Under the pieces are notes generated by a model. The model made no database searches. It had not been told where the DNA came from and saw only the letters and a list, made by a program, of their open reading frames with translations. A stretch of DNA of 24,000 nt from Labrys monachus (lineage in GTDB: Bacteria; Pseudomonadota; Alphaproteobacteria; Rhizobiales; Labraceae): assembly GCF_030814655.1 (NCBI RefSeq), contig NZ_JAUSVK010000001.1, positions 417,043 to 441,042 on the forward strand, read 5' to 3'. The stretch's first letter is position 1, and each line of letters opens with the position of its first letter. The translations under genes were made by a program, and so were the position numbers. Shown in pieces: positions 15,208 to 22,185 of the stretch.

Positions 15208-15813
15208 TCATTTCGCCTTGACGGCATCAAGGGCGAGGTTGAGCGCCAGCACGTTGACGTGCGCCTCGCCGACAAGGCCGGCGAGGCGGCCCTGCGTCTG
15301 CGCATCGACCAGCGCCTTCACCTGATCCTCCGGCAGGTTGCGGGCCTTGGCGATGCGAGAGACCTGGAGGGCGGCGAAGGCCGGCGAGATGTCCGGATCG
15401 AGGCCGGAGCCGGAGGTCGTGACGGCGTCGGCGGGAACCTCGCCCGCCACGCCCTGCTTGCGCAGATCGGCGATGCCGGCGGTGATGCGGTCGACCAGGG
15501 GCTTGGAGGTCGGACCGAGATTGGAGCCGGTCGAGTTGTCGGCGTTATAGGGCGCGGCGACCGTCTTGGTGGCGTCGTTGGGATCGGCCGCCGAGGTCGC
15601 GGAGGGGCGCCCCTGGAAATAGCGGTCGGTGGTGAAGTTCTGGCCGATCAGGGCGGATCCCACCACCTTGCCGCCGTCGAGGACCAGGCTGCCATTCGCG
15701 GCGGACGGAAAGACATATTGGCCGATGCCGGTGATGAGGAGAGGATAGATGCCGCCGGTCAGGATGGTGAACAGGACCATCATCACGATGGCCGGGCGCA
15801 GATGGATAAGCAT
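15208..15813 (-). CDS. kdpC: KdpC, K+-transporting ATPase subunit C (201 aa)
   Basis: ATG 15813 is preceded by a perfect AAGGAG 6 nt upstream. The sequence MLIHLRPAIVMMVLFTILTGGIYPLLITGIGQ... is the typical KdpC N-terminal anchor, and ...SGSGLDPDISP is the KdpC signature. The ORF-track extension to 15960 is a translated repeat element. Confidence 0.9.
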   Translation of the reverse strand: MLIHLRPAIVMMVLFTILTGGIYPLLITGIGQYVFPSAANGSLVLDGGKVVGSALIGQNFTTDRYFQGRPSATSAADPNDATKTVAAPYNADNSTGSNLGPTSKPLVDRITAGIADLRKQGVAGEVPADAVTTSGSGLDPDISPAFAALQVSRIAKARNLPEDQVKALVDAQTQGRLAGLVGEAHVNVLALNLALDAVKAK

Positions 15814-15855
15814 GGCGTGCTCCTTGGAGCGGAAGGTTGGATGACTGCGGTGTGG

Positions 15856-16006
15856 CCCCCCTCCCCTGGAGGGGGAGGGTCGATGCGGAGCGTCGGGGTG
15901 GGGGTGCCTTCTTCGTAAAAGCAATCTCCACATGAACCTTCGTGGTGGCACGTTTCCCACCCCGCCCCGGCCTTTCAGGCCGACCCTCCCCTTCCAGGGG
16001 AGGGTG
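15856..16006. repeat. Type A REPIN/MITE-like element, copy 3, inside the kdp operon between kdpB and kdpC
   Basis: It has the same ~45-bp termini as copies 1 and 2 (cccctcccctggagggggagggtcgatgcggagcgtcggggtggggg and ccgccccggcctttcaggccgaccctccccttccaggggagggtg) but a different central core. Confidence 0.7.
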
Positions 16007-16020
16007 AAGATGCGATCGCC

Positions 16021-18081
16021 TCACACGAGGTGCAGGGCCGCGACGAGAAGATCGACGGCCTTGATGCCGACGAACGGCACGAGGATGCCGCCGAGCCCGT
16101 AGACCACCAGGTTGCGCCTGAGCAGCGCCGCCGCCCCGACCGGACGATAGGTGACGCCCTTCAGGGCCAGCGGGATCAGCGCGACGATGATCAGCGCGTT
16201 GAAGATCACGGCCGACAGGATGGCCGATTGCGGCGAAGCGAGGTGCATCACGTTGAGCGCCCCCAGTTCCGGATAGGTCGCGATGAACAGCGCCGGGATG
16301 ATGGCGAAATATTTCGCCACGTCGTTGGCGATCGAGAAGGTGGTGAGGGCGCCGCGCGTCATCAGGAGCTGCTTGCCGATGCCGACGATCTCGATCAGCT
16401 TGGTCGGGTTCGAGTCGAGGTCGACCATGTTGCCCGCCTCGCGCGCGGCCTGCGTGCCGGTCTGCATGGCGACGCCGACATCGGCCTGGGCGAGGGCGGG
16501 GGCGTCGTTGGTGCCGTCGCCGCACATGGCGATCAGCCGGCCGCCGGTCTGCTCCCTGCGGATATAGGCGAGCTTGTCCTCCGGCGTCGCTTCGGCGAGG
16601 AAGTCGTCGACCCCGGCCTCCGAGGCGATGGCCGCGGCGGTGACCGGATTGTCGCCCGTGACCATCACGGTGCGGATGCCCATGGCCCGCAGCTCGGCGA
16701 AGCGCTCCTTGATGTCGGGCTTGACCACGTCCTTGAGATGGACGACGCCGAGGATGCGGCCGCCCTCGGCGACGCCCAGCGGCGTGCCGCCGGTGCGGGC
16801 GACCCGGTCGACCGCCTGCCTGAAGGCGGGCGGCGCGGCGTCGGCGGCGACGCCGGCGAACTTCAGGACGGCATCCACCGCGCCTTTGCGGATCGAGCGG
16901 CCGTCGAAGTCGATGCCGGACAGGCGCGTCTGCGCGGCGAAGGGGATGACGGTCGAGGGCCGGCCGGCGAGATCGGGCTCCTCGACGCCGTAATCGCCTT
17001 TGGCGAGCGCGATGATCGAGCGGCCTTCCGGCGTCTCGTCGGCGAGGCTCGCCAGCACGACCACCGCGGCGAGCTGCTCCTCGGTCACGCCCGGCACCGG
17101 CAGGAATTCGGTGGCCATGCGGTTGCCGAAGGTGATGGTGCCGGTCTTGTCGAGCAGCAGCGTGTCGACGTCGCCCGCCGCCTCGACGGCACGGCCCGAG
17201 GTCGCCACCACATTGAAGCGGATCAGGCGGTCCATGCCAGCGATGCCGATGGCGGAGAGGAGGCCGCCGATCGTGGTCGGGATCAGCGTCACCAGCAGCG
17301 CCACCAGCACGGTGACGCTGACGATCGTGCCGGAATAGCCGGCCAGGCCCCACAGCGTGGCGACGGCGATCAGGAAGATCAGCGTCATGCCCGAGAGCAG
17401 GATCGAGAGGGCGATCTCGTTCGGCGTCTTCTGGCGTTCGGCTCCTTCGACGAGCGCGATCATGCGGTCGATGAAGGAGGAGCCCGGCTGGGTGGTGATG
17501 CGCACCTTGATCCAGTCGGACAGGACCTGCGTGCCGCCGGTGACGGCCGAGCGGTCGCCGCCGGATTCGCGGATCACCGGCGCGGATTCGCCGGTGATCG
17601 CACTTTCGTTGACCGAGGCGACGCCCTCGACCACCTCGCCGTCGCCGGGAACGAGGTCGCCCGCCTCGACGATGACGATATCCCCGACATTGAGCTTGTC
17701 GGCCACGACCGACTCGTACCGGTCGCGCGGAGCGGTGGCGGACGGCAGGCGCTTGGCCTTGAGGTCGGACTTGGTGCGCCGGAGGCTTTCGGCCTGCGCC
17801 TTGCCGCGCCCTTCGGCGACGGCTTCGGCGAAGGTGGCGAACAGCACGGTGAACCACAGCCAGGCCGCGATCTGGGCGGGGAAGGTCACGCCGTCGCCGT
17901 GCACGAGGTCCCGCAGGCACAGCACGGTCACCAGGGCGGCGACGACTTCGGTGACGAAGATCACGGGGTTGCGGACGAGCAGCCGCGGATCAAGCTTGAC
18001 GAAGGCGTCCCGGATGGCCGGCAGCAGGATGGAGGCATCGAACATCGACGGCGAATTCGGTTTGGAAGACATGATTGCCAT
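16021..18081 (-). CDS. kdpB: KdpB, P-type ATPase catalytic subunit (686 aa)
   Basis: Motifs present are the P-type phosphorylation site [23 protein letters not shown] and the hinge [18 protein letters not shown]. The start lies 4 nt after the kdpA stop. Confidence 0.95.
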   Translation of the reverse strand: MAIMSSKPNSPSMFDASILLPAIRDAFVKLDPRLLVRNPVIFVTEVVAALVTVLCLRDLVHGDGVTFPAQIAAWLWFTVLFATFAEAVAEGRGKAQAESLRRTKSDLKAKRLPSATAPRDRYESVVADKLNVGDIVIVEAGDLVPGDGEVVEGVASVNESAITGESAPVIRESGGDRSAVTGGTQVLSDWIKVRITTQPGSSFIDRMIALVEGAERQKTPNEIALSILLSGMTLIFLIAVATLWGLAGYSGTIVSVTVLVALLVTLIPTTIGGLLSAIGIAGMDRLIRFNVVATSGRAVEAAGDVDTLLLDKTGTITFGNRMATEFLPVPGVTEEQLAAVVVLASLADETPEGRSIIALAKGDYGVEEPDLAGRPSTVIPFAAQTRLSGIDFDGRSIRKGAVDAVLKFAGVAADAAPPAFRQAVDRVARTGGTPLGVAEGGRILGVVHLKDVVKPDIKERFAELRAMGIRTVMVTGDNPVTAAAIASEAGVDDFLAEATPEDKLAYIRREQTGGRLIAMCGDGTNDAPALAQADVGVAMQTGTQAAREAGNMVDLDSNPTKLIEIVGIGKQLLMTRGALTTFSIANDVAKYFAIIPALFIATYPELGALNVMHLASPQSAILSAVIFNALIIVALIPLALKGVTYRPVGAAALLRRNLVVYGLGGILVPFVGIKAVDLLVAALHLV

Positions 18082-18085
18082 TCCC

Positions 18086-19795
18086 TCAGAAGGTTTTGCC
18101 GGCGAGCATCAGGAAGTGCTCGACGATGGGCCCCAGCGCGAGCGCGGGGAAGAACTGCAGGCCGCCGACGATCAGGATGATGCCGACGAGAAGGCCGACG
18201 AACAGCGGCGTATGGGTCGGGAAGGTGCCGGCCGAGGCGGGCACCTTGGTCTTGGCGGCGAGCGAGCCGGCGATGGCCATCACCGGCACGACATAGCCGA
18301 AGCGTCCGGCGACCATGGCGATGCCCAGGGTGGTGTTGAACCAGGGCGTATTGGCCGACAGGCCGGCGAAGGCCGAGCCGTTGTTGCCGACGGCGGAGGA
18401 ATAGGCGTAGAGGATCTCGGTCAGCCCGTGCGGGCCGCCATTGGCGATCTGCGAGACGGCGAAGGGCAGCATGGCCGAGACGCCGGTGAAGCCGAGGATG
18501 GCGGTCGGCAGGATGAGGATCGCCAGCATGGCGAATTTCATCTCGCGCGCCTCGATCTTCTTGCCGAGGAATTCGGGGGTGCGCCCCACCATCAGGCCGG
18601 CGATGAACACGGTGAGCACGGCGAAGACGATCATGCCGTAGAGACCGGATCCGACGCCGCCCGGCAGCACTTCGCCGAGCTGGATCAGGAAGAGCGGGAC
18701 CATGCCGCCGAGCGGCGTGAGCGAGGCGTGCATGGCGTTGACGGCGCCGCAGGAGAGGCCCGTCGTCGCGGCGACGAACAGCGCGGTCATCGCCTGGCCG
18801 AAGCGGATCTCCTTGCCTTCCATATTGCCGAGAGCCGGATCGACGCCGAGATGGGCGAGGATCGGATTGCCATAGGTCTCGGCCCAGTAGACGATGCCGA
18901 CGCCGGCGATCAGGATGATGGCCATGGCGGCCAGCAGCGCCCAGCCCTGGCGCAGGTTTCCGACCATCCGGCCGAAGGTGTAGACCAGCGCCGAGGAGAT
19001 CGCGAGCATCGAGAAGATCGAGAGATAATTGGCGAGCGCCGACGGATTCTCGAAGGGATGGGCCGAATTGGCGTTGAGGAAGCCGCCGCCATTGGTGCCC
19101 AGCTGCTTGATGGCTTCCTGGCTGGCGATCGGTCCGAGAGCGATGGTCTGCTTGGCTCCCTCCAGCGTGGTGGCGTCGACCGCGCCGAGCAGGGTCTGCG
19201 GGATGCCGGCGGCGATGAAGGCGATGGCGACGATGATGGCGAGGGGCAGCAGCACATAGAGCGTGCAGCGCGTGAGATCGACCCAGAAATTGCCGACCGT
19301 CTTGGCGCCCGAGCGGGCGAAGGCCCGGGTGACGGCGATGGCGAGGGCGATGCCGGTCGCGGCCGACATGAAGTTGTGCACCGTCAGCGCGAACATCTGG
19401 CTGAAATTGCTCATCGTCTGTTCGCCGGCATAGGACTGCCAGTTCGTGTTGGTGAGGAAGCTCACCGAGGTGTTGAACGCGAGATCCGGCGTCAGATTGT
19501 CGAAGCCCTGCGGATTGAGCGGCAGATAGGCCTGCAGGCGGAAGATCGCGTACATGACGATGAAGCCGGCGGCGCTGAACATCAGCATGGCCAGCGTGTA
19601 GGTGAGCCAGTTCTGCTCCCTGTCGGGATCGATGCCCGACAGGCGGTAGAAGCCCGTCTCGACCGGAGACAGGATCGGCGACAGGAAGGTTCTGCGGCCC
19701 TCGAAGACGTGGGCCATGAAGGCGCCCAGCGGCTTGACCGCCAGCAGGACCGCCGCGAACAGAAGGATGATCTGGAGCCATCCGTTCAGGGACAT
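18086..19795 (-). CDS. kdpA: KdpA, K+-translocating subunit (569 aa from ATG 19795)
   Basis: ATG 19795 ([13 protein letters not shown]...) is preceded by GGAGA 7 nt upstream. It is a polytopic membrane protein with KdpA-typical selectivity-filter-like segments ([15 protein letters not shown]). The ORF-track N-terminal extension to 20026 starts at a TTG and is Pro/Arg-rich noise. Confidence 0.9.
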   Translation of the reverse strand: MSLNGWLQIILLFAAVLLAVKPLGAFMAHVFEGRRTFLSPILSPVETGFYRLSGIDPDREQNWLTYTLAMLMFSAAGFIVMYAIFRLQAYLPLNPQGFDNLTPDLAFNTSVSFLTNTNWQSYAGEQTMSNFSQMFALTVHNFMSAATGIALAIAVTRAFARSGAKTVGNFWVDLTRCTLYVLLPLAIIVAIAFIAAGIPQTLLGAVDATTLEGAKQTIALGPIASQEAIKQLGTNGGGFLNANSAHPFENPSALANYLSIFSMLAISSALVYTFGRMVGNLRQGWALLAAMAIILIAGVGIVYWAETYGNPILAHLGVDPALGNMEGKEIRFGQAMTALFVAATTGLSCGAVNAMHASLTPLGGMVPLFLIQLGEVLPGGVGSGLYGMIVFAVLTVFIAGLMVGRTPEFLGKKIEAREMKFAMLAILILPTAILGFTGVSAMLPFAVSQIANGGPHGLTEILYAYSSAVGNNGSAFAGLSANTPWFNTTLGIAMVAGRFGYVVPVMAIAGSLAAKTKVPASAGTFPTHTPLFVGLLVGIILIVGGLQFFPALALGPIVEHFLMLAGKTF

Positions 19796-19820
19796 GGAAT
19801 TTCTCCAAAAGGGCATGGCG

Positions 19821-19858
19821 CCTTCGTTCTGCGGGCCTGAAGGCCGGCAGAACGAAGG
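19821..19858 (-). other. Perfect 12-bp stem-loop just upstream of the kdpA ribosome-binding site
   Basis: CCTTCGTTCTGC (19821-19832) pairs with GCAGAACGAAGG (19847-19858). The loop contains its own GGCC-tgaa-GGCC. It sits 25 nt upstream of the kdpA start on the mRNA strand. Confidence 0.55.
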
Positions 19859-20038
19859 GGCTCCATGCGATTGCGAAAGCGGGGAAGCGGGATCGTTCGG
19901 GGCGAAGCGGTCCCGCCCCCTTCGCGGCGTCACGCGGCGCGGGGGAGGCCGGTGGCATGGCGCGAAAGGAAAGGGTTTCCGGCACGGACGGACGCGTCGG
20001 GACGAGGGGCTCGGGCCCGGCGGCAAGGCGTTGAACGT

Positions 20039-20096
20039 GACGGGTTCGGATCGCGGTACCCCGCCATGACGAGGCGTGGCCCGATCCGAAGCCGTC
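20039..20096 (-). other. 15-bp-stem hairpin immediately downstream of kdpF
   Basis: GACGGGTTCGGATCG (20039-20053) pairs with CGATCCGAAGCCGTC (20082-20096) with one mismatch and a 28-nt loop. No U-tract follows on the mRNA strand. Confidence 0.5.
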
Positions 20097-20102
20097 GCGG
20101 CG

Positions 20103-20189
20103 CTAGAAGCGCTCGGGCTTCAGCAGCGTTGCGACGAGATAGGCGGCGAGCGCGAGGGCGACGACGAGGCCGAGGATGGGATCGAACAT
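20103..20189 (-). CDS. kdpF: KdpF, small K+-ATPase subunit (28 aa: [28 protein letters not shown])
   Basis: This ORF is too short for the ORF track, so I translated it by hand. It has a single hydrophobic helix ending in the KdpF-typical Y-L-x-x-x-L-x-x-P-E-x-F. The SD GAGGGA lies 6 nt upstream, and the gene sits upstream of kdpA on the same strand. Confidence 0.75.
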   Translation of the reverse strand: MFDPILGLVVALALAAYLVATLLKPERF

Positions 20190-20199
20190 CGGTTTTCCC

Positions 20200-20283
20200 T
20201 CAGATCCTGTCGAGCGCGCGGGCATAGAAGGCCAGGACCAGCAGGCCCAGGACGCCCAGCAGCAGATAAGCGATATCAAGCAT
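20200..20283 (-). CDS. Second small hydrophobic peptide upstream of kdpF (27 aa: MLDIAYLLLGVLGLLVLAFYARALDRI), KdpF-like in size and shape
   Basis: I translated it by hand. The SD GGAGG lies 6 nt upstream of ATG 20283. Its stop is 10 nt before the kdpF start, and the kdpF SD overlaps that stop (TGAGGGA). It has a single predicted TM helix but lacks the PExF tail. Confidence 0.45.
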   Translation of the reverse strand: MLDIAYLLLGVLGLLVLAFYARALDRI

Positions 20284-20366
20284 GACGAACCTCCACCCCC
20301 ATTGGGTGCAGGCGGGACTATCTCACTAGGCGGCGTCAGGGTTCGATTGCGATTGTGGGGGAGGGA

Positions 20367-20383
20367 TATAAGGGACGCATAAA
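20367..20383 (-). promoter_or_regulatory. Candidate KdpE binding site: direct repeat TTTATG-N5-CTTATA (11-bp periodicity) upstream of the kdp operon
   Basis: The minus strand reads tcTTTATGcgtccCTTATAtccc. This layout resembles the E. coli kdpFABC KdpE site (TTTATA-N5-TTTACA). It lies ~85-100 nt upstream of the first small ORF. Confidence 0.4.
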
Positions 20384-20390
20384 GATCGGC

Positions 20391-20412
20391 GGCCGAAGGG
20401 CGGACTTCGGCC
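20391..20412 (-). terminator. Stem-loop GGCCGAAG-N6-CTTCGGCC between the antitoxin gene and the kdp promoter region
   Basis: It has a perfect 8-bp GC-rich stem and a weak U-tract (gccgaucuuua) on the minus-strand RNA. It is positioned to insulate the kdp promoter from upstream transcription. Confidence 0.35.
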
Positions 20413-20465
20413 CACTCTCGAAGCCATATTGCGGCAGGAAGATCATAACATTGGCGTCGAAGAAG

Positions 20466-20696
20466 CTACGGGGCATTCGCCTCGTCCCGGACGAAGGTGA
20501 AATCCGCCGGGAGAAGGCCGCGCAAGGCCTGCAGCCGCTTCAAAAATTCTTCGCGTCCCGGCTTGCGGGCGATTTCCAGCTCGCGCCGATCGGCGATGTT
20601 GATCACGATGTCGTCGCCTTCCTTCAAGTCGAGAGCCTCGACGACGCTGGCGGGAAGGCGGACCGCCAGGCTGTTTCCCCACTTCGCGACCAGCAT
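20466..20696 (-). CDS. AbrB/MazE/SpoVT-family antitoxin (VapB-like, 76 aa)
   Basis: ATG 20696 is preceded by GGAGG. MLVAKWGNSLAVRLPASVVEALDLKEGDDIVI is the swapped-hairpin AbrB-type DNA-binding motif. The C-terminal tail ...FTFVRDEANAP is typical of VapB-like antitoxins. The ORF-track extension to 20831 is unsupported. Confidence 0.8.
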   Translation of the reverse strand: MLVAKWGNSLAVRLPASVVEALDLKEGDDIVINIADRRELEIARKPGREEFLKRLQALRGLLPADFTFVRDEANAP

Positions 20697-20707
20697 ATGC
20701 GCCTCCG

Positions 20708-20736
20708 TGGATATACACTGGAGCAATGTATATCCA
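20708..20736. promoter_or_regulatory. Perfect 10-bp inverted repeat TGGATATACA-N9-TGTATATCCA, candidate antitoxin operator overlapping its promoter
   Basis: It lies 12-40 nt upstream of the antitoxin start and overlaps a plausible -10 (TACATT), with a -35 TTGGAC 17 nt further upstream on the minus strand. Confidence 0.5.
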
Positions 20737-20815
20737 TGCCCGGCAGTGTCCAAGCGCCGACGATGCGGGTCGCGGCAGGATTTCACCCACCCTTGCCCCG
20801 GTGTGGACGGCCGCC

Positions 20816-21235
20816 CTAACGAGGCTCCCATTCGGGCGCGGCCATCTCGAAGCCTTCGAAGCGAAAGCCCGGCGCCACGGTGCAGCCGACCAGCGTCCAG
20901 TCGCCGAGGCTCGCCGCCGCCTGCCAGGTGCCGGCCGGCACGACGCCCTGCGGGCGTTCGCCGGCTGCGAGGTCGACCCCGAGCCGCAGCAGCGTCCGAT
21001 TCGTGCCGTCGGCCGAAAGCTCGAGGGCGAGCGGCGCGCCGGCATGGAAATGCCAGATCTCGGCGGCGTCGACCCGATGCCAGTGCGAGCGTTCGCCGGC
21101 CTGCAGCAGGTAATAGATCGCCGTCGATGCCGCGCGGCCCTCCGCGCTCACCGTGTCGCGGAAGGTCTCGACGTAATGGCCGCCTTCCGGATGCGGCGTC
21201 ATGCCGAGACGGGCGATGATGTCGGCGGGAGACAT
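20816..21235 (-). CDS. Cupin-superfamily protein, DUF985/YML079w-like (139 aa)
   Basis: The sequence L.PHPEGGHY.ETFR...S.IYYLL..G..S.WHR....EIWHFH.G.PL is the characteristic DUF985 cupin pattern. ATG 21235 is preceded by GGAGA. Confidence 0.8.
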   Translation of the reverse strand: MSPADIIARLGMTPHPEGGHYVETFRDTVSAEGRAASTAIYYLLQAGERSHWHRVDAAEIWHFHAGAPLALELSADGTNRTLLRLGVDLAAGERPQGVVPAGTWQAAASLGDWTLVGCTVAPGFRFEGFEMAAPEWEPR

Positions 21236-21244
21236 GGCGCTCTC

Positions 21245-21319
21245 CGGAGCGCGGACATCCTGTCCGCTGTTGAGATCATGGGCGGCGAGGAAGAGCGGAC
21301 CGCACGTCCGCGCTCCCGG
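21245..21319. other. Twin hairpins with identical GCGGAC/GTCCGC stems between gloB and the cupin gene
   Basis: The hairpins are GCGGAC-atcct-GTCCGC (21251-21267) and GCGGAC-cgcac-GTCCGC (21295-21311). They are enclosed by complementary ccggagc / gctcccgg. This is a possible weak terminator or processing site. Confidence 0.35.
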
Positions 21320-22087
21320 TCAGAACCGGTTCTTGCGTTCGCGGATCTCGGTGAACACCGTGAGCGCATCGGCGCCGTCGAGGCCGACCGCGCTGGCGAT
21401 GGCGGGATCGTCGGCACGCAGGAAGGGATTCTCGCGCTTTTCCGACCACAGCGTCACCGGCAGGGTGAAGCGGTGCTGGGAGCGCAGGGTCTCGACCTCG
21501 GCCGCCCGCTTCTTCAGCGCCTCGTTGCCGGGATCGACCGTGAGGGCGAAGCGCGCATTGGCGAGCGTGTATTCATGCCCGCAATAGAGCACCGTATCGT
21601 CCGGAAGCGCGCGCAGCTTCTGCAGCGAGCCCCACATGTCGGCGGGCGTGCCCTCGAGCAGGCGGCCGCAGCCGAGCGAGAACAGCGTATCGGCCGCGAA
21701 CAGGATCTTCTCGCCCTCGAACCAGTAGACGATGTGGCCGACGGTGTGGCCGGGCGTGTCGATGACCTTCGCCTCCAGCGATCCCACCGAGACGATGTCG
21801 CCCTCGCTCACCGTCTCGTCGACGGCGGGAATGCGGTGGGCGTCGGCCTTCGCCGCGACGACGCGGCAGCCATGCGAGGCCTTCAGCGCCTCGATGCCCT
21901 CGACGTGGTCGGCATGGTGATGCGTGACCAGGATGTCGGTCAGGCGCCATTGCCGCCGGGCGAGGGCGGCTTCGATCGCCTCCGCTTCCGGGGCGTCGAT
22001 GGCGGCGGTGCGCCCGGTCGACGGATCGTGGATCAGGACGCCAAAATTGTCGGTGCGGCACAAGAAGAGTTCGGTCAGCGCGCTCAT
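21320..22087 (-). CDS. gloB: Hydroxyacylglutathione hydrolase (glyoxalase II), metallo-beta-lactamase fold (255 aa)
   Basis: I prefer ATG 22087 (MSALTELFLCRTDNFGVLIHD) over the TTG at 22105. Motifs present are THHHADH, TPGHTVGH and CGHEYT, plus the C-terminal NPFLR typical of GloB. Confidence 0.9.
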   Translation of the reverse strand: MSALTELFLCRTDNFGVLIHDPSTGRTAAIDAPEAEAIEAALARRQWRLTDILVTHHHADHVEGIEALKASHGCRVVAAKADAHRIPAVDETVSEGDIVSVGSLEAKVIDTPGHTVGHIVYWFEGEKILFAADTLFSLGCGRLLEGTPADMWGSLQKLRALPDDTVLYCGHEYTLANARFALTVDPGNEALKKRAAEVETLRSQHRFTLPVTLWSEKRENPFLRADDPAIASAVGLDGADALTVFTEIRERKNRF

Positions 22088-22185
22088 GGTCACCCTCGAT
22101 TTCAAACGTGATTCCTTCTAAGCGATCGGGCGCGGCAGGTCACGCGGCGTGTCGCGACCCGGGATGCCGCAGCGAGAGAGAGGCG

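Larger units (their letters stand above)
20336..20476 (-). pseudogene. Possible truncated PIN-domain (VapC-like) toxin remnant (46 codons: MPRSFFDANVMIFLPQYGFES...)
   Basis: Its ATG at 20476 overlaps the 3' end of the antitoxin gene by 11 nt, a typical toxin-antitoxin arrangement. The N-terminus xFFDANVMIFL resembles the first beta-strand and first acidic residue of PIN toxins. The frame then runs into the terminator-like hairpin and the kdp promoter and stops at 46 codons, against ~130 expected. Confidence 0.3.

Noticed and set aside
12676-15918. A 1080-aa plus-strand ORF antisense to kdpD and kdpC, together with the other off-frame ORFs at 12656..13513, 12674..13462 and 13679..14314.
   Set aside because: It has no domain signatures and a biased composition. 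It ends in the translated repeat peptide PPSPGGGGS. KdpD and KdpC on the opposite strand have complete canonical motifs.
15545-19985. Long ORFs overlapping kdpB and kdpA: 15545..17920 (-), 17961..19985 (-), 16030..18180 (+) and 17357..19840 (+).
   Set aside because: They are off-frame or antisense to genes with unmistakable P-type ATPase and KdpA signatures. Their sequences are Arg/Pro/Gly/His-rich.
19796-20102. Naming the kdpF-kdpA spacer as a c-di-AMP (ydaO-class) or other known riboswitch.
   Set aside because: I could not find the conserved pseudo-symmetric core of that class by eye. I report the region only as an unexplained structured spacer, and it needs a covariance-model scan.
1636-20831. 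N-terminal extensions implied by the ORF track: 1636 for the first binding protein, 6080 for the YhfX-like protein, 8062 for SIS, 12362 for kdpE, 15096 for kdpD, 15960 for kdpC, 20026 for kdpA and 20831 for the antitoxin. Similar extensions apply to gloB (22105) and the lyase (22108).
   Set aside because: The extensions overlap upstream genes, translate repeat elements, or begin at TTG/GTG codons without an SD. In each case an internal ATG with an SD gives a protein of family-typical length and N-terminus.
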